The notes below the pieces were generated by a model. It ran no database searches. It worked only from the letters and a program-made list of their open reading frames with translations, and had not been told where the DNA came from. A stretch of 64,000 nucleotides of DNA from contig JBCCHT010000001.1 of the NCBI GenBank assembly GCA_039028615.1, positions 192,001 through 256,000 of the forward strand. The letters are read 5' to 3'. This document shows, one piece after another, positions 9,135-17,831 of the stretch. Within the stretch, counting starts at the first letter, position 1, and every line of letters begins with the position of its first letter. Position numbers and translations under genes: made by a program. Source of the stretch: Myxococcota bacterium (lineage in GTDB: Bacteria > Myxococcota_A > Polyangia > Nannocystales > Nannocystaceae).

Positions 9135-12100
9135 CGGCCACCGGGTGCTCGGCGAGCCACTGGTCGGCGTCGGCGAGCTCGGAGGCCGTCTCGGCCCCGG
9201 TCGCCTCGAACACAGCCCGCGCTTGCTCGACCAGGTCGACGGCACGCGTCCGCTGCGAGGGGTCAGACCAGAGCGTGCGCGCCAGCACGACGCGCGAGCG
9301 TGCGAGCTCGGCCTCGGTGGTCTCGGCCGATTCCGACGAGCCCACGCGCACCGCCTCTTCGGCGTGGCGCCGCGCCTGCTCGGGCTCCCCTTCGGCCAAC
9401 GCAATCGTGGCCAGGCTTCGCAGCGGCCCGGCCAGCGAGGCGTGCTCGGCTCCCATCGCCTTGGTGCGAATCTCCAGCGCTCGCTGAGCATGGGCCCGCG
9501 CCAGGTCGTGATGGCCGCGGCCGAGCGCAATCTTCCCCAACCCGAGCAAGGGTGACACGAGCTTGGGGTAGTCGACGCCGTGCGCCTGCTCCCGCAGCTT
9601 CACCGCGCGCAGGAGCATGGCCTCGGCTTCGTCCGTGTGCCCCTGCTCGCGCAGCAGGCTGGCCAGGTTGTTGAGCGCAAAGGCCAAGTTCACGTGGTCG
9701 GGCCCCAGCCCCGCCTCCCAGATGCTCAACGCCCGGCGGTACTGCGTCTCGGCCTCGGCATCGTGTCCCTGCCCCTCGAGCACGACGCCGAGGTTGATGA
9801 GTCCCCCCGCCAGCACGACGTGCTCGGGCCCGAGCAGAGCCTCGCGGATCTCCAGCGCCCGCCGATGGTGAACTTCGGCCTCGGCGAAGCGCCCCTGCTC
9901 TTGCAGTGCACTCCCGAGACCGCCGAGGTTGTGCGCGACCGCGGGGTGTTGCTCGCCGAACGCCGCCCGCTGAATCTCCAGCGCGCGCTGGTAGTAAAAC
10001 TCCGCGTCCGAGTGGCGCCCCCGGCTGTTGAAGGCCATGGCGAGGTTGCCCACCGGGATCGCGACGCTGGGGTGCTCGGCTCCCAGCGCAGCCTCGCCGA
10101 GCTCTCGCGCCCGACGAAACAGGTGCTCGGCCCCCTCGTATCGGCCCTGCTCGTGCAGCAGGTTGCCGAGGTTGTTGGTGGCCTTGCCCAGCAGCGGATG
10201 GTCGGCGCCCAGGCCTTCCTCCCAGATCTCCAGCGCGCGCCGATAGTCGTGCTCGGCCTGCTCGTAGTCCCCCATGGCGGCCAACACCATCGCGCGGTTG
10301 TTCCAGTTGCCACCCAGGCCCGACGCCTCGCCTTCGCGACGCGCCAGGGGCAGCGCGGTCTCGGCCCAGACCAGGCCCTCGGCATGACGCGCGAGACGAG
10401 CCCCCACCACCAGGACCAGGCCGGTCGAGGCTCGGCTCGCGACCTCGGCGTGGTCTTGCTCGAGCGCCAGCGCGTAGGCCTGCTTCAGGTCCTGCTCGGC
10501 TTGTGCGTACTTGCCGTTGGCGTTGCGCAACAGCCCACGACGCAGCCGGGCCTCCGCGATGAGCGGGCCGTAGGCCAGCGCATCGGCTCGCTCGACGACC
10601 CCCTCCACCCGTTTCAGCGCGGTTGCATGACGACCAGCTCGGCCCATGACCCGTAGCTCGGTCAGGCGCCGTCGCTGCTCGGTGACCTGGGCGGCCACTT
10701 CCAGATCCTCGGGGGGCGGGACCGCGGCCTGCAGCGCGGCCAAGTCCTCACAGCGCGCGAGCCGGGGCAGCCCCTTGACCAGCCCCACCGCCTTCTCCAC
10801 CGCCTTGGGATCCGCGTCGGCGAGCACCTGCACGGTGGCCTGCAACCCAGTTCGACGCTCGTCGAGGCAGGCCATGCGCAGCTCCATGATGCGCTCGGTC
10901 TGCGCCCCCGTGACCCGGGTCGCCTCGCAGGTCTCGGTGTGCTGCTCCGCCCACGCCGACGCGTAGTCCTCGAGCTGTCGGTCGACCCGCCCCCAGGTGT
11001 CTTCGGCGTAGGGCAGCTCGACCGCGACCATGGACTCCCGCACGCGAGCACGGGTGGGCTCGTCCCAGACCTCGGCCAACCGCTGTCGAGCACCCGTGCA
11101 CTGCTCCGACTCGTCGCTCCCCGCTCGATATCCGAACACCAACCCGGCCACGCCGACGCCGACGGCCAGGCTGAGCCCGAGCCATCGGTGGGTGCTGGGA
11201 GTCACCGCCGCTTGCAGCTCGTCGAGCAGCTCGGTCATCGACGGAAAACGGTCGTTGCGACGTGCCGACAGCCCCTTGACCAGGGCCCGCCGCACCCGAG
11301 GCGACACCGTGGACTCCCGGGGCACCGGTCGAATCTCGCCCTTCGCGATGGCATCGCGCAGCTGACGGATCGCCAGCCCCTCGAAGGGTCGCTGCCCGTA
11401 GAGCGCTTCGAAGAGCGCGACACAGAAGCTGAACTGGTCACCCCGGGCATCGACCGTCTCGCCCGCCATCTGCTCGAGCGGCATATACGCGGGCGTGCCC
11501 ATCACGAAGCCGGCCCGGGTCAGCGGGGCATCCCACCCGAGGCGCCCGGTCGTCGCTGCGGCCTCCTCCGAGTCGTTCGGCGTACGGTCGGCGTCGGTGC
11601 TGGTGTCGGTGGCCTCGCGCACGAGGCCGAAGTCGAGCACGCGAGCCCGCCCTTGGTCATCGACGACCGCATTGCTCGGCTTGAAGTCGCGGTGGACCAG
11701 CCCTCGCGCATGCGCGGCCGCCAGCCCCTGCCCCGCCTGGAGGTAGACCTCGATGCACTGTCGCCAGGTCGGTCGAGGCTCGCGGTCCACCCACTGCCGC
11801 AAGTCCATGCCGTCGACGAGCTCCATGGCGACGAAGGCCCGCCCCGAGACCTCCCCGACCTCGTAGACCTGCACGACGTTGGGATGGGACAGCTGGGCGA
11901 GCGCCTGGGCCTCCCGCATCAACCGCTTGGTGTGCCGACCCTGGCCGTCGCGGCGCCGCAGGACCTTGACCGCGACCTGGCGATCCAACGACGGATCGAA
12001 GGCCTTGTAGACGGTGCCCATGCCGCCTTTGCCCAAGGTCCCCAAGACCACGTAGCGGCCCAGGGTCGAGCCGATGTCGCCCTCGTTGACGACGACCGAG

Positions 12101-12264
12101 GCGGGGCGCCGAGCGGCCGATGGACGCTCGGGCCCCGTGACCTCGTGCTGCGGCGCATCGCCGCCCGCCGGGACGGGCCCATCGTCGCGGGTGAAATCGA
12201 CGGCGGTGGACGGAGGCGAGACCGTGTCGGCCAGCCCAACGTCTTCCCGTTCCGATGGCGACAC
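9115..12264 (-). CDS. Membrane Ser/Thr protein kinase with TPR repeats
   Basis: LGKGGMG, VAVK, HRDFKPSN, DFG, GTPAYM; TM; many kinesin-light-chain-type TPRs (LGADHP, NNLG). Confidence 0.95.
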   Translation of the reverse strand: MSPSEREDVGLADTVSPPSTAVDFTRDDGPVPAGGDAPQHEVTGPERPSAARRPASVVVNEGDIGSTLGRYVVLGTLGKGGMGTVYKAFDPSLDRQVAVKVLRRRDGQGRHTKRLMREAQALAQLSHPNVVQVYEVGEVSGRAFVAMELVDGMDLRQWVDREPRPTWRQCIEVYLQAGQGLAAAHARGLVHRDFKPSNAVVDDQGRARVLDFGLVREATDTSTDADRTPNDSEEAAATTGRLGWDAPLTRAGFVMGTPAYMPLEQMAGETVDARGDQFSFCVALFEALYGQRPFEGLAIRQLRDAIAKGEIRPVPRESTVSPRVRRALVKGLSARRNDRFPSMTELLDELQAAVTPSTHRWLGLSLAVGVGVAGLVFGYRAGSDESEQCTGARQRLAEVWDEPTRARVRESMVAVELPYAEDTWGRVDRQLEDYASAWAEQHTETCEATRVTGAQTERIMELRMACLDERRTGLQATVQVLADADPKAVEKAVGLVKGLPRLARCEDLAALQAAVPPPEDLEVAAQVTEQRRRLTELRVMGRAGRHATALKRVEGVVERADALAYGPLIAEARLRRGLLRNANGKYAQAEQDLKQAYALALEQDHAEVASRASTGLVLVVGARLARHAEGLVWAETALPLARREGEASGLGGNWNNRAMVLAAMGDYEQAEHDYRRALEIWEEGLGADHPLLGKATNNLGNLLHEQGRYEGAEHLFRRARELGEAALGAEHPSVAIPVGNLAMAFNSRGRHSDAEFYYQRALEIQRAAFGEQHPAVAHNLGGLGSALQEQGRFAEAEVHHRRALEIREALLGPEHVVLAGGLINLGVVLEGQGHDAEAETQYRRALSIWEAGLGPDHVNLAFALNNLASLLREQGHTDEAEAMLLRAVKLREQAHGVDYPKLVSPLLGLGKIALGRGHHDLARAHAQRALEIRTKAMGAEHASLAGPLRSLATIALAEGEPEQARRHAEEAVRVGSSESAETTEAELARSRVVLARTLWSDPSQRTRAVDLVEQARAVFEATGAETASELADADQWLAEHPVAATSDPR

Positions 12265-12345
12265 TACGATCAGTGTGCCACCACCGCCGAACGAATCAAC
12301 CTCCCGAACGGGACGCTTCGGCCACCGCGACGAGCCCCGTGGAGC

Positions 12346-13356
<1,011 letters not shown>

Positions 13357-13459
13357 GCGGTCCTCCTCGGGTGGTGCCGCAATCTGTGCACGATCGGCGT
13401 CGGGTCAAGGCGGGCGCTCCGCGCCTGCACTCACCCCCACGCCGCGCCGAACGCTCGGC

Positions 13460-14101
13460 TCACTGCTTCGTCTTCGCGTACTCGGCGGCCCGGGCCATGA
13501 CGGCGGGACCCGCCTTGCTGGCGCTGCCCGCATCGAAGGGCGGCTGCGGGTCGTACTCGACCATCAGCTGCATCGCCCGCGCCGCATCGGCATCGAAGAG
13601 CAACTCGGACAGGCGCAGCGCCATGTCGATGCCCGCCGAGACCCCGGCGGCAGTGATGAGGCGCTGCTCGAGGTGCTCCACCACCCGCTGCTCGACCGGC
13701 ACCGCCCCCTTCTTCTTCAGCAGATCGTAGACGCTCCAGTGGGTGGTCGCGGTGAGGCCGTCGAGCAACCCGGCCGCCGCGAGGATCAGCGAGCCAGTAC
13801 ACACCGAGGTGGTCAATCGTGTGGTGGGGTGCACCCCGCGAAGCCACTGCACCACGGCCGAGTCTTCCACGGCTACCGCCCGACTCCCCACGCCGCCGGG
13901 CACCACCACCACCTCGGGCGCGGGCACTTCGGCGAAGGTCGCGTCCACGGTCAGGCCGAGGAAGCCGTTTTCGGTTCGGACCTCGCCGGCCTGTTCACCC
14001 ACGAACACGATCTCGACCCCGGGCAGGCGCTGGAGGACCTCGTAGGGGCCGATGGCATCGAGAGCCGTTACGCGGGGGAACAGGACGACGGCGATCTGCA
14101 C
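13460..14101 (-). CDS. DJ-1/PfpI family protein (isonitrile hydratase-like)
   Basis: LDAIGPYEVL, VVVPGG, SVCTGSLILAAAGLL, TAAGVSAGIDMAL, EYDPQPPFDAG; GTG start 14101. Confidence 0.9.
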   Translation of the reverse strand: MQIAVVLFPRVTALDAIGPYEVLQRLPGVEIVFVGEQAGEVRTENGFLGLTVDATFAEVPAPEVVVVPGGVGSRAVAVEDSAVVQWLRGVHPTTRLTTSVCTGSLILAAAGLLDGLTATTHWSVYDLLKKKGAVPVEQRVVEHLEQRLITAAGVSAGIDMALRLSELLFDADAARAMQLMVEYDPQPPFDAGSASKAGPAVMARAAEYAKTKQ

Positions 14102-14109
14102 GCCGAGGA

Positions 14110-14700
14110 CTATCCCTGATTGTCGGCCGGGACGCCAAACACCCAGCCGTCGACCGGCATGTGGCACGAGATGCAGAAGCCGACCGCGCCCGTCTCGCGC
14201 GTCGCTCCGGTACCGTCGATGCGGGCCCAGAACCAACCGCCGGCGTCGGGCAGGTAGCCCTCGGGGCCGCGGTACATCATCAGGAACCCGTCTTCGGCGC
14301 CCTCGCCGTTGAGGTGCTCCTTGACGATCAGCGTGCCCTCGGGGAAGCCGACGTCGACCACCGCCTCGGTGTCGATGCTGCGGTACAGGTCGGCGGCCTC
14401 GCTGTTGATGTAGACGTTGACCGTGTCGGCCAGGCCGTGGGCGGAGGCGAAGGAGTCGACGTTGATCTTCTCGAGGTTGGTCGCGTACATCGACGCTTGC
14501 TCGATGACCTCGGCTTCGTCGAAGGGCGAGCCATCCCCCGTGCTGTCCGCTCCGTCGCTGGCCACATCGGTGGCAGCCCCGGCCGTATCGGCAGCGGAGT
14601 CCCCATCGGCCGACCCGGAGTCGTCGCCGGGGCAGGCGCTGAAGACAAAAGGCAGTGCCATCACGGCAACGTAGTCGAGTAAACGATTGCGTGTTCTCAT
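14110..14700 (-). CDS. Cytochrome P460-family (c-type heme) lipoprotein
   Basis: Lipobox FSAC; FPEGTLIVKE, MMYR, GGWFW and C-terminal CISCH heme motif. Confidence 0.8.
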   Translation of the reverse strand: MRTRNRLLDYVAVMALPFVFSACPGDDSGSADGDSAADTAGAATDVASDGADSTGDGSPFDEAEVIEQASMYATNLEKINVDSFASAHGLADTVNVYINSEAADLYRSIDTEAVVDVGFPEGTLIVKEHLNGEGAEDGFLMMYRGPEGYLPDAGGWFWARIDGTGATRETGAVGFCISCHMPVDGWVFGVPADNQG

Positions 14701-14737
14701 CAGTGACCTCGTTTCGAGGAGTCGATGTCGGGAGTGT

Positions 14738-15451
14738 CTAACTCGGGCTCAGCACTCCATGGGCGACGAGCTGCTCTTGGGCAATGGCGACATGATCGTC
14801 GGGAACCACTGCGAGCGGCTCGGGTACGGGCAGCCCCTGGCGCACGGCCAGTGCGACGAGACCCGCGGCAGAAGGCCGGAAAAGACGGGTCTCCAGGGTC
14901 TCCCAGTGGCGATAAATCAAGAGGAGCTCGGGGGCGGGCTCGGGCAGCTCGGCCTCGGCGTCACGCTCGAGGAGGGTGACGATCTGCGAGATCGGGTGGG
15001 TGTACTGCCGAACGTGAAGGCGCTGGTCGAAGCCGTCGTCGGGGCCATCGGGCGCGCTGACCACATAGGTCCGGGTCCAGCAGAAGTCCGCGATTTCCTC
15101 CCACGAGGTGGGCTGCGAGTCGTCGCGCTGACGACGTGCGGCGAGGAACTCGGAGAACGCCGCCCCCGCTGCGTTGGGGTGATGCCCCGCGGGCAAGTGC
15201 GTGTCGACGTACTCGCGCACCAGCTGGCGCCAGGTGTCCGCGCTTCGCTGCCGCACGATCAACGTCCGCAGCGGGCGGTACAGCTCGAAGAGAATCTTGA
15301 AGAGGTTGCGCTCGGCGAGCACCCGGTAAAACGCGAAGTTGTCGTCCCCGCTGGGGGAGGCGCCCAGCGCTTCGACCACCGCGGGTAGCGGACGCTCGCC
15401 CGAGAGATAGGGCCGCATCTGGGCGAAGAACTCGGGCAGCGGAGCGCTCAT
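14738..15451 (-). CDS. DUF2063-type MNIO partner protein (BufC/HvfC-like)
   Basis: ATGA overlap with DUF692; FAFYRVL...WRQLVREYVDTHLP...FSEFL...EIADFCW, C-terminal LLIYR. Confidence 0.75.
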   Translation of the reverse strand: MSAPLPEFFAQMRPYLSGERPLPAVVEALGASPSGDDNFAFYRVLAERNLFKILFELYRPLRTLIVRQRSADTWRQLVREYVDTHLPAGHHPNAAGAAFSEFLAARRQRDDSQPTSWEEIADFCWTRTYVVSAPDGPDDGFDQRLHVRQYTHPISQIVTLLERDAEAELPEPAPELLLIYRHWETLETRLFRPSAAGLVALAVRQGLPVPEPLAVVPDDHVAIAQEQLVAHGVLSPS

Positions 15452-16293
15452 GCGGACCTCGCTGCCGGGGTCGTGCCCGCCACCTCGGTCCACAGCTCGC
15501 GGGCCCGGTCGGCCTCGTCGAGCACGCGGTCGAGCGGGGGAATGTCGGTATCCCACTCGATGAGCGTCGGCACCGGACCCGTCTTCGACAGCGCGTGCCG
15601 ATACAGGGACCACACTTCGTCGAGCACCGGAGCGCCGTGGTTGTCGAGCAACCGACCGCCCTCTTCGATGTGCCCCGCCAGGTGAACTTGCAGCGCAGCG
15701 TCCAGCGGCAGCGACTCGAGAGCGGCGACCGGATCTTCGTCGTGGTTGCGGGCGTTGACGTAGACGTTGTTGACGTCGAGGAGCAGGCCGCAGCCCGCTT
15801 CGGTCACGACCGCAGAGACGAACTCGCCTTCGCTGAGCGAGCCTCCGGGCATCTCGGCGTAGTAGCTGATGTTCTCCACGCCGACGGGGCGTTCGAGCCT
15901 ATCGGCGAGTTCCCGGATTCGACCTGCACAGTGCACCACTGCCTCCTCACTGAAGGGCAACGGCAACAGGTCGTAGAAGTTGCGCCCACCGATCGTCGCG
16001 TAGCAAAGATGATCGGTATAAAAAGGAGCCTCGAGTTCATCGAGGAGCTGCTTGAGCCCGGCGACGTACTCGAGGTCGAGTGGGTCGGGGCCTCCGAGGG
16101 ATAGGGAGACCCCGTGCGCAACCACGGGCCAGCGTTCGCGACACTGGGCGAGGTTGCGTCGGACGAGGCCACCCCGTCCGACGTAGTTCTCCGGAATGAT
16201 CTCGAGCCAATCGAGGGCGCGGTCACAGCCTCCGATCGCGGCAAAGTGCTCGCGACGGAGACCGATCCCGACACCCTTGAGTGTTGAGCTCAT
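15448..16293 (-). CDS. DUF692 multinuclear non-heme iron oxidative enzyme (MNIO; BufB/HvfB/MbnB family)
   Basis: GVGIGLRREH, WLEIIPENY, HGVSLSLGG, TDHLC, DLLPLP, ENISYY, LLLDVNNVYVN, HLAGH, DNHG, TLIEWD. Confidence 0.95.
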   Translation of the reverse strand: MSSTLKGVGIGLRREHFAAIGGCDRALDWLEIIPENYVGRGGLVRRNLAQCRERWPVVAHGVSLSLGGPDPLDLEYVAGLKQLLDELEAPFYTDHLCYATIGGRNFYDLLPLPFSEEAVVHCAGRIRELADRLERPVGVENISYYAEMPGGSLSEGEFVSAVVTEAGCGLLLDVNNVYVNARNHDEDPVAALESLPLDAALQVHLAGHIEEGGRLLDNHGAPVLDEVWSLYRHALSKTGPVPTLIEWDTDIPPLDRVLDEADRARELWTEVAGTTPAARSA

Positions 16294-16332
16294 CGTGAAG
16301 CCGTCCGTGAAGAGGCGAGACGGCTACGCGGA

Positions 16333-16692
16333 TCAGCCTCCGGTCGGGCCGCTGGAGCCGGAATCCGAGGTCGGGCAACCGGCGGTGGTGCCGTCGCCCG
16401 TGGGGCAACCAGCGGTGGTGCCGTCGCCCGTGGGGCAACCAGCGGTGGGGCAACCCGCGGTGGTGCCAGTGGCACCCGGGCAGCCCGCCGTGGAGCCGCC
16501 CGTGGGGCAGCCGGCGGTGGGGCAACCAGCCGTGGGGCAACCCGCGGTGGGGCAGCCCGCGTCCGTGGACGCAGCGGTCGTGGTGCTCGTGGAATCGCCG
16601 GTGCTGTCGTCACCGCAGGACGGCAGGGCAACGAGGCCCGCGGACAGAGCGACGGCTTCGAGGATGTTGGTCAAGTTCTTGTTCATCGTCAT
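16333..16692 (-). CDS. Putative MNIO RiPP precursor: lipoprotein with nine AGCP(T/G) repeats
   Basis: MTMNKNLTNILEAVALSAGLVALPSC (lipobox LPSC), Ser/Thr/Asp linker, then 9 AGCP motifs; ends 39 nt upstream of DUF692. Confidence 0.85.
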   Translation of the reverse strand: MTMNKNLTNILEAVALSAGLVALPSCGDDSTGDSTSTTTAASTDAGCPTAGCPTAGCPTAGCPTGGSTAGCPGATGTTAGCPTAGCPTGDGTTAGCPTGDGTTAGCPTSDSGSSGPTGG

Positions 16693-16762
16693 GCTCGGGT
16701 CCCAGATACGGGCGGCTCGCCGACGCGCGTGCCTCACCCCCGATCCCCCTTGGACCCTGAGT

Positions 16763-16790
16763 ACCGGTATAACCCCACCCGGGGTCCGGT
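16763..16790. promoter_or_regulatory. Inverted repeat upstream of the precursor; ACCCC-N4-GGGGT core resembles CsoR-type operators
   Basis: ACCGG-TATA-ACCCC-ACCC-GGGGT-CCGGT in the short intergenic region. Confidence 0.35.
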
Positions 16791-17794
16791 TACCAATCGA
16801 TGCCGACTTTTTTGCAGTCTTCGGCCAGACCCGACCATCGCGGGCCATCTTGGTCTGCCATGTGTGTAATGAGCCACGCTCGGCCCTCACATACCTCGCG
16901 TAGGTGAGCGTGCGCCTCGGGTTCTTCGGCGTCCCACCGTAGACGTCCGAGCGGTACCGAGCCGTCCTCACACCCCTTTCGCGGGCCCGCAGCGGGGACT
17001 TCGCCGCAACGGATCTCGATCGAGGGATCGTCCCAGGAGCGATCGTGGGCCCCGTAGGACTCGAGCGGCGCTTCGTCCCACAGCACGGTCTGCGGCACGA
17101 CGAAGCCGCTTCGATCGGTGCCTCGGTTCACCAAACCGTGCTCCTTGGGTCGGTCGTTGTCGAGGCGAGAATAACCATGACACCCAGCACAACGGTTCCG
17201 AACGCGGATGCCCTTGGCGAAGCGATCCCTCCAGGGCTGCGGCTTGCCCACCGCGGGCGGATGCTCCAGCGCCTTCGCCACCAGGCGATCGGTGGCGGCG
17301 GCATGAGCCTCGGTGTCTTCGCGAGCCCACCGCAGACCGAACAGCGGCGCCGCGGGATCGGGCGCGGTGGGACGGTAGACGTGGAAGTCCTGCGCGCCAT
17401 CCTCATTAATCCGGGTGCCCCGGATGTCGGCGATGGCCCGACGATCACCCGTCCCGAAAAACTCCACGCGGTCGACGATGGTCCCCGCGGGAAACTCCAG
17501 CGTCGGGCGGCCCTGCGTGTCGTCGTGCGCGTCGATGCGAGCGTCGGGCGGGAGCCACATCCAGATCTCGACCTGATCGACGAGCGCACTCGAGGACGGG
17601 ATATGGGTCGGCGGCACCAGTCGCACGTAGCCCTCGCGCTCGTGGAAGCGCAGCGGGTCTTCGATCGACAGGTCCTCGACGCCCGGCGGGGGCGGATCGC
17701 GGCGGCAGCCCGTCGCGGCCATGGCCAAGAGCCCGGCGATGCCGAGCCATGCCACCGCCCCGAGGGCTGCGTGTCGCGGTCGTGGGCCGGGCAT
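16790..17794 (-). CDS. Lipoprotein with a single c-type heme motif
   Basis: Lipobox ATGC; RCAGCHG (CxxCH). Confidence 0.7.
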   Translation of the reverse strand: MPGPRPRHAALGAVAWLGIAGLLAMAATGCRRDPPPPGVEDLSIEDPLRFHEREGYVRLVPPTHIPSSSALVDQVEIWMWLPPDARIDAHDDTQGRPTLEFPAGTIVDRVEFFGTGDRRAIADIRGTRINEDGAQDFHVYRPTAPDPAAPLFGLRWAREDTEAHAAATDRLVAKALEHPPAVGKPQPWRDRFAKGIRVRNRCAGCHGYSRLDNDRPKEHGLVNRGTDRSGFVVPQTVLWDEAPLESYGAHDRSWDDPSIEIRCGEVPAAGPRKGCEDGSVPLGRLRWDAEEPEAHAHLREVCEGRAWLITHMADQDGPRWSGLAEDCKKVGIDW

Positions 17795-17831
17795 GGGCCG
17801 GGAGCATACCCGACCCCTCCCCGGCCGAGTA

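Noticed and set aside
16366..16563. Short DNA repeats as a possible CRISPR array
   Set aside because: Units are 15/30 nt, in frame, vary at synonymous positions and have no unique spacers; no cas genes in the window.
16196..16903. Plus-strand ORF with VGQPA repeats
   Set aside because: Antisense shadow of the AGCPT precursor; the minus-strand reading has a signal peptide/lipobox and is co-oriented with DUF692.
16693..16971. N-terminal extension of the precursor ORF (212 aa in the ORF track)
   Set aside because: Overlaps the upstream cytochrome gene and would bury the signal peptide; ATG 16692 or 16686 fits better.
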